Of a stretch of DNA of 64,000 nucleotides, positions 16,993 through 26,454 are shown piece after piece. Made by a program: the position numbers and the translations under genes. Numbering within the stretch: the first letter of the stretch is position 1; every line of letters starts with the position of its first letter. The notes beneath the pieces are model-generated. The model worked only from the letters and a program-made list of their open reading frames with translations, did no database searches and had not been told where the DNA came from. Source of the stretch: an uncultured Gammaproteobacteria bacterium (GTDB lineage Bacteria > Patescibacteriota > Microgenomatia > JALYQM01); NCBI GenBank assembly GCA_964535655.1, contig CAZHTP010000004.1:11108-75107 (forward strand), read 5' to 3'.

Positions 16993-17980
16993 GATATCTT
17001 TGTCTCCTCAAGCACAAACTGGTACAGCCGGATTTGATTCGTATCGTTTTATTCATAACGCTTTGCCAGAAATTGATTTTGACGAAATAGATATATCAAT
17101 TGAGTTCTTAGGGAAGAAACTTGCTTTTCCATTCTTTATATCTTCGATGACTGGTGGTGTTTTAGAAGGTGAAAAGATTAATCGATCTTTACTGCATGTT
17201 GCAGAAAAATATGGTATGGCGATGGGAGTGGGAAGCCAGCGAGCAGCGATAGAAAAACCAGAGTTATCTCATTTGTTTGCTCAAAAATCTTTCGAATCGA
17301 AAGCATTATTGTTTGCCAATGTGGGAGCCGTGCAACTGAATTATGGTTTTACGGTTGAGAAGTATCAGCGGGCAGTTGAAATGATTGATGCCGATGCTTT
17401 GATACTTCATTTGAATCCAATTCAGGAAGCAGTGCAACCTGAGGGTGACCGGAACTTTAAAAATTTATTGCCTCAAATTAGCGAACTTGTTAACAAATTA
17501 TCTGTGCCAATTATAGTTAAAGAGGTGGGATTTGGAATATCTGAGAATGTATGCAAGCGTCTTTATGATGCTGGAGTCCGGTTTATTGATGTTGCGGGAT
17601 GGGGTGGAACAAGTTGGGCGGTGGTTGAAGGAAGGCGTGAAGGAGGTAGTCAGCAGCTTGGTGATTTATTTGGCGAATGGGGTATACCAACGACGGAATC
17701 TATCCGAATGTGTAAGAACGTATCTGATTTTTTGGCGGGTAAATTAACTATTCTTGCAAGTGGTGGTGTGAGAACAGGGCTTGATGTTGCTAAGGCAATT
17801 TCGCTTGGTGCAGAACTGGTAGGGTTGGCTTCGCCTTTTGGCAGGGCGGCGATGGAATCAGAAGAAGCTGTGGAAATGGTTGTAAAGAGACTAGAACGAG
17901 AATTAAAGACGGCAATGTTTGGTGTAGGGGCGAAAAATATTGCAGCACTTAAAGCAATTACATTGCAAAAAGTATTATAA
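16946..17980 (+). CDS. fni: Isopentenyl-diphosphate delta-isomerase, type 2 (FMN-dependent)
   Basis: ISSMTGG, GVGSQRAA, KEVGFGIS and GWGGTSWA are type-2 IDI TIM-barrel motifs. Confidence 0.85.
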   Translation: MNMEEQVQKRKREHLEISLSPQAQTGTAGFDSYRFIHNALPEIDFDEIDISIEFLGKKLAFPFFISSMTGGVLEGEKINRSLLHVAEKYGMAMGVGSQRAAIEKPELSHLFAQKSFESKALLFANVGAVQLNYGFTVEKYQRAVEMIDADALILHLNPIQEAVQPEGDRNFKNLLPQISELVNKLSVPIIVKEVGFGISENVCKRLYDAGVRFIDVAGWGGTSWAVVEGRREGGSQQLGDLFGEWGIPTTESIRMCKNVSDFLAGKLTILASGGVRTGLDVAKAISLGAELVGLASPFGRAAMESEEAVEMVVKRLERELKTAMFGVGAKNIAALKAITLQKVL

Positions 17981-17981
17981 A

Positions 17982-18971
17982 TTACTTTTTTACAAATCCA
18001 ACTTTTTCGTACACTTCATCTAGTTTTTTGTGAGATATTTCATGAGCTCGGGTGGAGCCGTGTCGAAGTATTCCTTCCAATTTATCTTCAGAATTTCGTA
18101 AGTCGTAATATTTGCTTTGTAGTTCTCCTAAGCAATTTACTACTGATTCGGCTACAATTTCTTTAAATTCACCATATCTTTTGCCTTCACATTCTTTTTC
18201 TATTTCATTTACTGGTTTGCCTGAAGTTTGGGAATACAAGTCAAGTAAATTAGAAATTCCAGGTTTGCTTTCCATATCGTATTTAATTTCAGAACCTGAG
18301 TCGGTAGTTGCTGACTTAATTTTTTTTCGGATGGTTTCTTCTTCATCGAGGAGCCAAACTGTGGCATTAGGATTGTTATCGCTTTTGCTCATTTTTTTAG
18401 TTGGATCGATAAGACTGCGAATGCGTCCACCGTGGGTTGGAATAATGGGTTGTGGTAGTACAAAGGTTTCTCCATAGGTATTATTGAATCGTTCAGCGAT
18501 GTCGCGGGTAAGTTCGACGTGCTGTTTTTGATCCTCTCCAACGGGAACTTCGGTGGTGTTGTAGAGTAGGATATCTGAGGCCATAAGGGTAGGGTAGGCA
18601 AATAATCCAACGCTAACAAATTCTTTACCTTCAGATTTATCTTTGTACTGAGTCATCCGGTTCATTTGACCCATGGAGGTGTAGCAGTTTAAGAGCCAGC
18701 CAAGGTTAGCATGATCGGGATTGTGTGATTGGATGAACACCAGGGATCTTTCTGGATCGATTCCCGCTGCAATATATAATGCCGCGAGTTCAAGGGATTT
18801 TTCGTGTAATGTTTTAGGATCTTGAGGGACAGTGATTGCGTGCATATCTACAATGCAAAAAATATTGAGTCCATCGTGTTGTCTTTGTACCCACTGATGG
18901 AGTGCACCGATATAGTTTCCAATATGTAGATTACCACTGGGTTGAATTCCGGAAAAAATTATTTTTTGCAT
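17982..18971 (-). CDS. trpS: Tryptophan--tRNA ligase
   Basis: IFSGIQPSGNLHIGNYIGAL is the HIGH-class motif; KMSKSD is present; about 330 aa, class I. Confidence 0.9.
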   Translation of the reverse strand: MQKIIFSGIQPSGNLHIGNYIGALHQWVQRQHDGLNIFCIVDMHAITVPQDPKTLHEKSLELAALYIAAGIDPERSLVFIQSHNPDHANLGWLLNCYTSMGQMNRMTQYKDKSEGKEFVSVGLFAYPTLMASDILLYNTTEVPVGEDQKQHVELTRDIAERFNNTYGETFVLPQPIIPTHGGRIRSLIDPTKKMSKSDNNPNATVWLLDEEETIRKKIKSATTDSGSEIKYDMESKPGISNLLDLYSQTSGKPVNEIEKECEGKRYGEFKEIVAESVVNCLGELQSKYYDLRNSEDKLEGILRHGSTRAHEISHKKLDEVYEKVGFVKK

Positions 18972-19200
18972 AGCCGAATTATATTTAATTTGGCATTTTG
19001 TGGCTAGAGGGATTATGTTGTTGCAAGGGGAGGCGCGGCATTTTGGTCAAAGGAAATTGACTCCACCTTTTTTCTTCTTTGTTAACTATTTGGCGGCATT
19101 CTTCAAGTTTTTGTTTTAATAAACTAATGCTCTTTTTTAGCCTACTAATTTTTTTTCTCATTTTTTCTGGTTATTCCAGCCTGGCTATTATTATACACCA

Positions 19201-19413
19201 ATGGTATATACTATCTATATGATAAATATGCAGAAACGACTTGTGCGCCCCAAGCAAGGTAGAATGCTGGCAGGGGTTTGCGCGGCAATAGCGAACTACT
19301 TTACTATTGATGTTACAATCGTACGGATTTTGTGGATTATTTTGGCTTTACCAGGTGGATTACCTGGAGTGATTCCGTATATTGTTTTGGCGGTTGTTAT
19401 CCCTTCTGAGTAG
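19201..19413 (+). CDS. PspC-domain protein
   Basis: RPKQGRMLAGVCAAIANYFTIDVTIVRILWII matches the PspC domain. The true start may be the ATG at 19219. Confidence 0.7.
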   Translation: MVYTIYMINMQKRLVRPKQGRMLAGVCAAIANYFTIDVTIVRILWIILALPGGLPGVIPYIVLAVVIPSE

Positions 19414-19414
19414 T

Positions 19415-19798
19415 ATGTCTGAGTTTACTGATGCTGTGATTTATATCTGCCGGCAAGTACCCTTTGGTAGGGTTGCTAGTTATGGTCAAATTGCTGCATA
19501 TACTGGTGTTGCGCGTGCTGCACGACAAGTAGGTTGGACACTAAACCGTATTGAAGGTGAAATTGAAGTGCCGTGGTGGCGGATTGTTAACAATGCTGGA
19601 CGGATTAGTATTAAAAATACTGAATTTAACACCCCCTTACTTATGAAGCAGATGTTGGAGAATGAGGGAGTTGTAGTACGACCCGATTATACTTTTGATA
19701 TTGAAAAATATAGGTTCAGACCAAGTATTGATCAAATGCGTTCGTGGCAGCTTGATGATGTATACATTGAGCGTGTATGCACGAAATATCTTATATGA
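19415..19798 (+). CDS. Alkyltransferase-like (ATL) protein; MGMT DNA-binding domain without catalytic Cys
   Basis: VPFGRVASYGQIAAYTG and PWWRIVN: the PCHRV active site is replaced by PWWRI, as in the Trp-substituted ATL proteins. The ATG at 19415 immediately follows the PspC stop. Confidence 0.6.
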   Translation: MSEFTDAVIYICRQVPFGRVASYGQIAAYTGVARAARQVGWTLNRIEGEIEVPWWRIVNNAGRISIKNTEFNTPLLMKQMLENEGVVVRPDYTFDIEKYRFRPSIDQMRSWQLDDVYIERVCTKYLI

Positions 19799-19813
19799 TA
19801 GTATACTGTTTCT

Positions 19814-20440
19814 ATGAAGGTCTATTTTGTGCGGCATGCCCAGAGTGCTTTTAATGCTCAGGATTTATTACATCAGTATCACGAAGGTGAATTATCTGAA
19901 TTTGGCGTAAGGCAAGCGGAATTTGTAGCCCAGCGTTTTTCCCGGATATCACTTGATGTGATCATTTCTAGCCCGTATGAGCGGGCTCGGGAAACTGCAA
20001 CAATTATTTCAGGTGTTGTGCAACGAGATGTTGTTTTTAGTGACTTGTTATCCGAATTTAAAGGACCGCGAGAACTTGAGGGAAAACGAAAAAATGATCC
20101 TGAAGTTGTTCGCATTAATTCGTTGATGACGAAACATAGAAATAATCCGGAATGGAAATACAGCGATGAAGAGAGTTTTGGTGAACTACGTGCGCGGGCC
20201 GGAAAGGTTTTGGATTTTCTTGCGGCTCAATCTTATGAGAATATTTTGTGTATCACTCATGGCTTGTTCTTGCGAGTGATTATTGCTTCGATGATGTTTG
20301 GCTCGGCAATGTCGCGAGAGGAGATGGTAAGTTTTATGCGATTTGTGCGAATACACAATACCGGTATTTCGGCGTGTGAATTACTGGATACCGGTACATG
20401 GCGGTTAATTACTCTTAACGATTATGCACACCTGGGTTAA
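19814..20440 (+). CDS. Histidine phosphatase family protein (phosphoglycerate mutase-like)
   Basis: VYFVRHAQSAFN contains the RHG catalytic motif. Confidence 0.75.
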   Translation: MKVYFVRHAQSAFNAQDLLHQYHEGELSEFGVRQAEFVAQRFSRISLDVIISSPYERARETATIISGVVQRDVVFSDLLSEFKGPRELEGKRKNDPEVVRINSLMTKHRNNPEWKYSDEESFGELRARAGKVLDFLAAQSYENILCITHGLFLRVIIASMMFGSAMSREEMVSFMRFVRIHNTGISACELLDTGTWRLITLNDYAHLG

Positions 20441-20733
20441 AGAGGACATGCTGCAAATTCGCACGTTGGGGCAACTCTTCCGACGGCAGAACCATCAGGA
20501 CAAATTTTTGCATCCATGCTACACATTACGCCTGTTGGGTGAAGTGGTGGCCGACCAGGTAGCTCTTTTTGAGTCATTTCTGTTTGTTCAATAAATCTTC
20601 CGTATTGAACACCAAAGAGAAATCCAACAAATGGTAGTGTGATGAATACTATTGCTGCTATAGTTTTTGAAAGAGGAGTTACGCGCATTAATTCTTTAGG
20701 GATCTTTTTGTGAAGTTTTTTGTGAAATTTCAT
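20437..20733 (-). CDS. Small membrane-anchored hypothetical protein with Cys-rich C-terminus
   Basis: One TM helix and 5 Cys in the C-terminal 40 aa. Confidence 0.35.
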   Translation of the reverse strand: MKFHKKLHKKIPKELMRVTPLSKTIAAIVFITLPFVGFLFGVQYGRFIEQTEMTQKELPGRPPLHPTGVMCSMDAKICPDGSAVGRVAPTCEFAACPL

Positions 20734-20827
20734 ATTAGCTCTTTATTCTTTTTGTTTCTACTTTAGTCACTTTAATTCTTTTGGGAATACGGATTTTCAT
20801 ATCTATACATTACTGTAGTATGTTTTC

Positions 20828-21241
20828 TTACATGATGTCAATAGAATTGAAGTAGGATTCAATTAATTTTAAATCTTCAAGATCTTTTTCGCGCGCAAGT
20901 TTCTTTTTGTAGTCGCGGATTATGTTCAGTTTCACAAAGGGAAAATCTTGAATGATCTCAACTTGAGCGAGTTGTTCTTCGGCTGTGGCAAATATTTCTT
21001 TATTGGCTTTAAGAACTTTTCCTAAGATTTCAATGCCACCCAGCACGATTTTTTCATCTTGCACGATGTAATCTTGATACTGGTTTTTTAAATCTTCCCA
21101 AAGTTCTTCTGTAACGACAATGTCTAGGTCGTGGGCTTCCCGTAACCCTCTAATGGCCAGCGGTCCTGAAGCGGTGATTGCATAATGGCCTTCAGGTAAG
21201 TTTAGTTCTTTCAATTCGTCGAGTAATTTTTGAATACTCAA
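20828..21241 (-). CDS. Hypothetical; possible minimal nucleotidyltransferase (pol-beta fold)
   Basis: ASGPLAIRGLREAHDLDIVV resembles the GS..D.D nucleotidyltransferase motif. Weak. Confidence 0.3.
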   Translation of the reverse strand: MSIQKLLDELKELNLPEGHYAITASGPLAIRGLREAHDLDIVVTEELWEDLKNQYQDYIVQDEKIVLGGIEILGKVLKANKEIFATAEEQLAQVEIIQDFPFVKLNIIRDYKKKLAREKDLEDLKLIESYFNSIDIM

Positions 21242-21256
21242 TATGTAGTCCTTTGG

Positions 21257-21820
21257 TTACTCATTGAGTAATGTATGTAATGCTATTTTTTTTCTCAGCT
21301 TAAAGTATTCCAGATAAGTATTCGTAATTGCTTTATCCATTATTTCTATTGTATGCAACTCTTTCTCGGAAAAATACTCTATGTCTGAAACATCATCGGA
21401 AGGATTGAGTGTACCTTCAATAATCTTTGCACAAATAGAGAGACCGAGTACAGGGAGGTCAATACCTTTATATAAATAGTTGGCAGGGACGGTTCCAATT
21501 ATCCGTCCAGGACGGATTTGAACTCCTAATTCTTCTTTTGCTTCGCGGATGGCGCTAAAATATGCAGTTTCACCTGGTTCCATAAATCCACCGGGGATAT
21601 CCCACGTTCCGAAGCGAGGTTCGATAGCCCGTTTGGTGAGGAGTACTTTGCCTTCTGCATTTTCAATTATTATTCCTACTGTCGGTGCGGCATTGATAAA
21701 TAGATGGTAACCACAGGTTTGACATTGCATTAAATTATGTATGGTGTGTTTTAAATTACCACAACAGCGGGGGCAGTATTTGTAGGCTTTGTATGGTGTC
21801 ATAGTGTTTCTCACTATCAT
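21257..21820 (-). CDS. NUDIX hydrolase with N-terminal zinc ribbon (NudC-like architecture)
   Basis: CPRCCGNL..CQTCGY zinc ribbon, then Nudix box GGFMEPGETAYFSAIREAKEELG. Confidence 0.7.
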   Translation of the reverse strand: MIVRNTMTPYKAYKYCPRCCGNLKHTIHNLMQCQTCGYHLFINAAPTVGIIIENAEGKVLLTKRAIEPRFGTWDIPGGFMEPGETAYFSAIREAKEELGVQIRPGRIIGTVPANYLYKGIDLPVLGLSICAKIIEGTLNPSDDVSDIEYFSEKELHTIEIMDKAITNTYLEYFKLRKKIALHTLLNE

Positions 21821-21827
21821 TTTACTC

Positions 21828-22384
21828 TTAAACTGTTTTTTTTTCTATTTCGCTTATTAATGATTGCGTAATGTAGGAGTAGTTAAATTTCTTAACATAT
21901 TCGAGTCCTTTTTTAATCATCTCATTGCGATTGTATTTCCCTAACAACATGTTTATGATTTTTTCTTCTAAATCTTTAGGGTTACTGTTTTGAGCGTAAA
22001 CACTGTGTTAACCGGCAGCTTCAGGAACTCCGCCAACGACAGTGGTTATGAGAGGGGTACCTGCGGCTTGGTATTCAATAGCGCAGGCACAGAGCGTTTC
22101 AACGAAGTTTTTGATAGGTTTTATAGGAATTATTTCACTAAAAATCCATACCCGCCTAAAACTAGTGTGGTGTTGGGAAATTGTTTTTTAACATTGTCGA
22201 AAGCAAGAATAAGGTCTGAAATTCCTTTTTCTGGAAATAGTCTACCGAAATATGAAATGATTCGATGATCTTTATTAACTCCAAATTTTTCTTTAACTTG
22301 CTCAATTTGTTTTGGGTGTTTCTCAGTAAAGAATTTATCGTCGAGAGGGGCATACGGAGAGTAGGAATTTTGCCTCACCGTCAT
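21828..22384 (-). pseudogene. GT4 glycosyltransferase remnant: N-terminal domain missing, internal frameshift, in-frame TAA
   Basis: Frame A (22133..22384) encodes ..FGVNKDHRIISYFGRLFPEKGI..LVLGGYG. Frame B (22011..22187) encodes ..FVETLCACAIEYQAAGTPLITTVVGGVPEAAG, then a TAA at 22008-22010. It then continues in frame to 21828 with the GT4 C-terminal tail. No N-terminal GT-B domain lies upstream. Confidence 0.6.
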
Positions 22385-22490
22385 CTAAATGATTGCCCAT
22401 AGAATCAAGTACGTCAGAACCGAGTGCTTTGTCAGTTTACCAATAAATGCTTTTAGGCGTGCTCCGTCAAATAATTGGCCGATTATATTC

Positions 22491-23495
22491 TTAGGGTAAG
22501 TTGATCGCAAGAGGAGTGGTGATGGTTGGAAATTGATTGTTCCAAATTTCAAAAGGGTAGGCGTTACCTGAATCGATGAGCGTTTGGGCATCACTTGGGG
22601 TAAGGGAAAAACCGGAGTGGAGAATTTCTTGATACCAGGTTTGTGACTTAAGCCATTCTTGATTGAGAGTAATAGGGGAGCGATTGAGTAGATTGGTTGT
22701 GAAGGAATGAAGGTCTTCTTGATTAACTTCGTAGCCGGCGGCGCTTTGTGCAGTGAAAGATTTAAATATTATTACTTGGGCGTCGCTTGTTAGTACTGAG
22801 ATTTTTCCTTTTTTAGGAGGACCGGTGATTGGGGGTGGTTGGGCAAGGTGTTGATGATTGATGCTTTGAATTTTTGCCGAAACATAAAGTATGTGATCTC
22901 GCAATTGAGTACGTATTTGAGGTGACCATGCGGTGTTAACAGGTACGCCGCAACGAATATTACTGCCGCGGAGAATTTTTCCTGTTGGATCTTGAGGGAG
23001 ATTGGTGACTACTATCTTTGATCCTTCCTTTAGTTGATCTTGGACAAAGGATGGGAATATTTGTTGGGGCGCTACATTTTTGTAAAATGGATCACTTAAT
23101 AAGGCTTCAGTGTACAGATTTGAAATATCTATGTTTTTCCCTTTGTTAAACAAGAAGGCATAGAGTGCTGCTGCTGTTATAAAGTGACCATTATTTAAGG
23201 CAGTAATTTGAGCGATGTTGTATTTCCACCAGGCCTGGCTTATTTGAGAATCTTTTTCCCCTGGAAATTGATCTTGAATGGCTTTAAGAATGAGTCGCTC
23301 GCCAAAGCCTACTCTCTGTTCAATTGATCCTAGTGGAAATGATTCTAAATATCTGCCAAAAATTCTATAATTCCATTCAAGTCCGATTGTAGTGCCGAAT
23401 GTTGCGAGCAAATATCTGAGCACCCCCCTTCGTTTAACTGTTTTTTGAGGTTTTGGCTCTTCAAGAGGTGGTGTCTGGTGCTGCTCTACAGACAT
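22491..23495 (-). CDS. Hypothetical protein
   Basis: Long ORF. Start chosen at MSVEQHQ (ATG 23495) rather than the track's 23624. No motif I recognise. Confidence 0.35.
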   Translation of the reverse strand: MSVEQHQTPPLEEPKPQKTVKRRGVLRYLLATFGTTIGLEWNYRIFGRYLESFPLGSIEQRVGFGERLILKAIQDQFPGEKDSQISQAWWKYNIAQITALNNGHFITAAALYAFLFNKGKNIDISNLYTEALLSDPFYKNVAPQQIFPSFVQDQLKEGSKIVVTNLPQDPTGKILRGSNIRCGVPVNTAWSPQIRTQLRDHILYVSAKIQSINHQHLAQPPPITGPPKKGKISVLTSDAQVIIFKSFTAQSAAGYEVNQEDLHSFTTNLLNRSPITLNQEWLKSQTWYQEILHSGFSLTPSDAQTLIDSGNAYPFEIWNNQFPTITTPLAINLP

Positions 23496-23564
23496 TACTA
23501 TATAAAGTATAGCATGGGGAAATGGGTTTGGATAGTGCTGGTAAGTAGTAGTATAATGCTGCAC

Positions 23565-24329
23565 ATGGCAGATGAAAAAGCTCCTAGGGAGCGTATAAAT
23601 GATATTTTGCAGGATCAGCCGCAAACTTTGCGTTCACCTCTTGCTGAGGGCGTGAATATTTATGATGATGGTCATTTTGTGGCTGCTTTTGAGTCTATTA
23701 AAAGGCGAAGGATACAAGTAGTTGGTGAAGAAGTTGAAATTGGTGAATATTTGGCGGGTTGTGGTGAAAGGAATGGAAATACTCGTACGTATAGAAAAGT
23801 TTTTCATTTGGACATAGATACTCGTTCCATTGAAGACGTTGTGCTTAGTCATTTAATGACACAAATGGCAAAGTTTTTGCCACTAGATACTCTTGATATG
23901 CAGGAAGGAGATACTGAGCGGCGAGTACGTAAGTACACACAACGTTATAGGTCAGGTTCAAGCTATAGTAATGAGTCTTTGTATAAATTTATGATAGGAA
24001 CATACTCTCCGCCAGGGCGAGGAACCCTTAAAATTAACGTGGGAGGGATGATTGGCGCTGAATTTATTGCAGTTGCGGATCATTTAACTCCATTTTGGAT
24101 TTCATATATACGTAGTATCACTGATGTATATCCAAAAGTTTTGAAAAACAGCGGAAATATACGGCAACATAACATGGCAGAGCTGCCGAAAATTCTTTCT
24201 TATACAGATTGGGCGAAAGAGCAGCAATTGGGATTTAATGCTGGTATTCAAGCTGAATTACGATTTTTGGGGTATAGAGCAACGTTGCGAAAATTCCAGA
24301 GGATGAATACGCGAGAAATTGAGGATTAA
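23565..24329 (+). CDS. Hypothetical protein (possibly leaderless)
   Basis: The ATG at 23565 (MADEKAPRER) lies 8 nt after a TATAAT box (23552-23557) with TTGGAT 18 nt upstream. The track start 23445 would overlap the divergent gene. Confidence 0.35.
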   Translation: MADEKAPRERINDILQDQPQTLRSPLAEGVNIYDDGHFVAAFESIKRRRIQVVGEEVEIGEYLAGCGERNGNTRTYRKVFHLDIDTRSIEDVVLSHLMTQMAKFLPLDTLDMQEGDTERRVRKYTQRYRSGSSYSNESLYKFMIGTYSPPGRGTLKINVGGMIGAEFIAVADHLTPFWISYIRSITDVYPKVLKNSGNIRQHNMAELPKILSYTDWAKEQQLGFNAGIQAELRFLGYRATLRKFQRMNTREIED

Positions 24330-24448
24330 TTGTCTAGGCCGGTTTAGGTATGTGGAGAGAGATTCCAAAGGGCGTGCCAGTTGAGATGTGAGGAGCTGAT
24401 TAATTCAAAGTCACCTATATTTCAAGGTGACCCTGAATCTAAGTATAT

Positions 24449-25888
24449 TTAATACGCCTGCGCAAAGACCCACTTGTGCTTGGCTTCTTTACCACAGCGA
24501 ACGCAGGTATTGCCTGGTTCTTCTTTGGTGTCAAATGGCAAGCATCTTGTCGTTGCTTTGGTTTCTTCCTTAATTTGCTCTTCGCATTCTTTGTTCTCGC
24601 ACCAGTAGGCGTGAAGAAATCCGCGCTTGGTGTTCATGATGTTTTTGAACTTTTCGTAATCTTTGACTTGTGATGTAAGTGACTCTTGCATGGCAATGGC
24701 TTTGTCATACATTTGTTTTTGGATTTGTTCAAGGAGCATGGGGATTTTTTCACCAACTTCTGAAATCGTGATCTGTTCTTTTTGACCGTTGTGGCGAATA
24801 GAAACAGATACTATGCTATTTTCAAGCTCTTTTGCGCCAAGTTCGAGTCGCAGTGGTACTCCTTTTAACTCGTATTCGTTTCTTTTGTATCCTAATGAGT
24901 ACTCAGAACGAATATCTATTTTTGTTCTTAGTCCTTTATTCTGTAACGCTAAATCGATATTCTCGGCAGCGCGGAAACTTTCCCCATCCTGACCAATGGG
25001 AATTATTACTACCTGGGTTGGTGCGGCTTTTGGTGGAAGCACCAAGCCTTGATCGTCGCCATGAACCATTACCACTGCGCCAAGGGCGCGCGTAGAATAA
25101 CCAAAACTGGTCTGCCAGGCGTATTCGTTTTGACCTTCTTTGTTTTGGAAGGAGATATCGAAGGCTTTGGAGAAATTCTGGCCGAGGTCGTGGGAGGTGC
25201 ATCCTTGGAGGGCTTTACCGTCGGGCATTATCATTTCGTAGGTGGTGGTGTTGTCTGCGCCCGCAAATTTTTCGGATTGGCTTTTAACACCTTTAATGCC
25301 TGGTATTGCGAGTAACTCCTGATAGGTTTGGGCGTAGGCATTAATGCCGTCAATTACTTGTGCCCAACATTCTTTGTGGGTAGCGTGGGCGGTGTGGGCT
25401 TCCTGCCATAAAAATTCAGCACCACGCAGGAAGAAGTAGGTACGCTTTTCCCAGCGCACAACGTTATTCCATTGATTTAGTTTCATTGGGAGATCGCGGT
25501 GGGACTGTATCCATTTACTGTACATTGCATACATGATGGTTTCGGATGTTGGGCGTACGGCTAGTTTTTCTTCAAGCTCTTCGCCGCCACCAATGGTAAC
25601 TACTGCGAGCTCTGGTGAGAATCCTTCAACGTGGCTGGCTTCTTTTTTAAGAAATGATTCTGGGATAAAAAGAGGAAAATAGCTGTTTTCGCAACCCATG
25701 TCTTTTAACTTGGCGTCCAAAAATTTCTGGACGGTTTCCCATACTGCATACGAAAGTGGGCGATAGACAATACAGCCGCGAACCGGGGAGTAGTCGGCCA
25801 TTTCGGACTTGGTGATTACATTGATGTACCAGTCGGACATATTGTCTGACTTTTTAGTTACGCCTTTTTTTTCAAATGTTTGGTTCAT
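24449..25888 (-). CDS. proS: Proline--tRNA ligase, archaeal/eukaryotic type
   Basis: Class II core. N-terminal DWYINVITKSEMADYSPVRGCIVYRP. C-terminal zinc-binding tail CVRCGKEAKHKWVFAQAY typical of archaeal-type ProRS. Confidence 0.9.
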   Translation of the reverse strand: MNQTFEKKGVTKKSDNMSDWYINVITKSEMADYSPVRGCIVYRPLSYAVWETVQKFLDAKLKDMGCENSYFPLFIPESFLKKEASHVEGFSPELAVVTIGGGEELEEKLAVRPTSETIMYAMYSKWIQSHRDLPMKLNQWNNVVRWEKRTYFFLRGAEFLWQEAHTAHATHKECWAQVIDGINAYAQTYQELLAIPGIKGVKSQSEKFAGADNTTTYEMIMPDGKALQGCTSHDLGQNFSKAFDISFQNKEGQNEYAWQTSFGYSTRALGAVVMVHGDDQGLVLPPKAAPTQVVIIPIGQDGESFRAAENIDLALQNKGLRTKIDIRSEYSLGYKRNEYELKGVPLRLELGAKELENSIVSVSIRHNGQKEQITISEVGEKIPMLLEQIQKQMYDKAIAMQESLTSQVKDYEKFKNIMNTKRGFLHAYWCENKECEEQIKEETKATTRCLPFDTKEEPGNTCVRCGKEAKHKWVFAQAY

Positions 25889-25903
25889 ATGTTTCTCCTT
25901 TAC

Positions 25904-26104
25904 TTATTTGAATATTTTATCTGTTAAAAATACTGCTCCAATGCTTGCTATTATTACGGCTAAAATTAGACAAATAGTTCCACTCATGTCTTCCGAATAT
26001 AATCCAGCGTGTCTGATTTGGGGTGGCATAAGATATCTGGATACAATAAAAGTCACGATAAGTAAAATTAAAAATACACTTGTTTTTTTTACGAATTTCA
26101 TCAT
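25904..26104 (-). CDS. Small two-TM membrane protein, hypothetical
   Basis: 66 aa with two hydrophobic helices, 16 nt upstream of proS. Confidence 0.3.
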   Translation of the reverse strand: MMKFVKKTSVFLILLIVTFIVSRYLMPPQIRHAGLYSEDMSGTICLILAVIIASIGAVFLTDKIFK

Positions 26105-26454
26105 TTACTCTTGTTTTTCTTGTAATTCTCCTAATGATCTCCGGCTTCGCAAAATTGTATGCGTTCGCCTACGAAAAAACTCGTCGTTGTAATCGAGAAA
26201 TGAATCTCAATTACAAGGACGAGCTGCTTTCTTCGGCTGCGACGTGGTACCACCTTGATTCTTCGAGATCGTTTGAGCGATCTCGAACTTATTGTTACTC
26301 TGTGACGGGAGTGACTCCGGCGTAATTTTGTCTTTTGGACTTTTGGTACGCAGCGTCGCTTATTAGGATAAGCTCAAGTGCTTTTAGTGTTGGATTTAGT
26401 TTACTATATGGGATTTTGTTGTCAAGATGAATTTTTTTTCTTGAGTGGTATAGA

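Noticed and set aside
18972-19200. Possible T-box leader upstream of trpS (minus strand)
   Set aside because: No T-box consensus (AGGGUGGNACCGCG) and no terminator-like structure on the correct strand. Only a -10-like box was seen.
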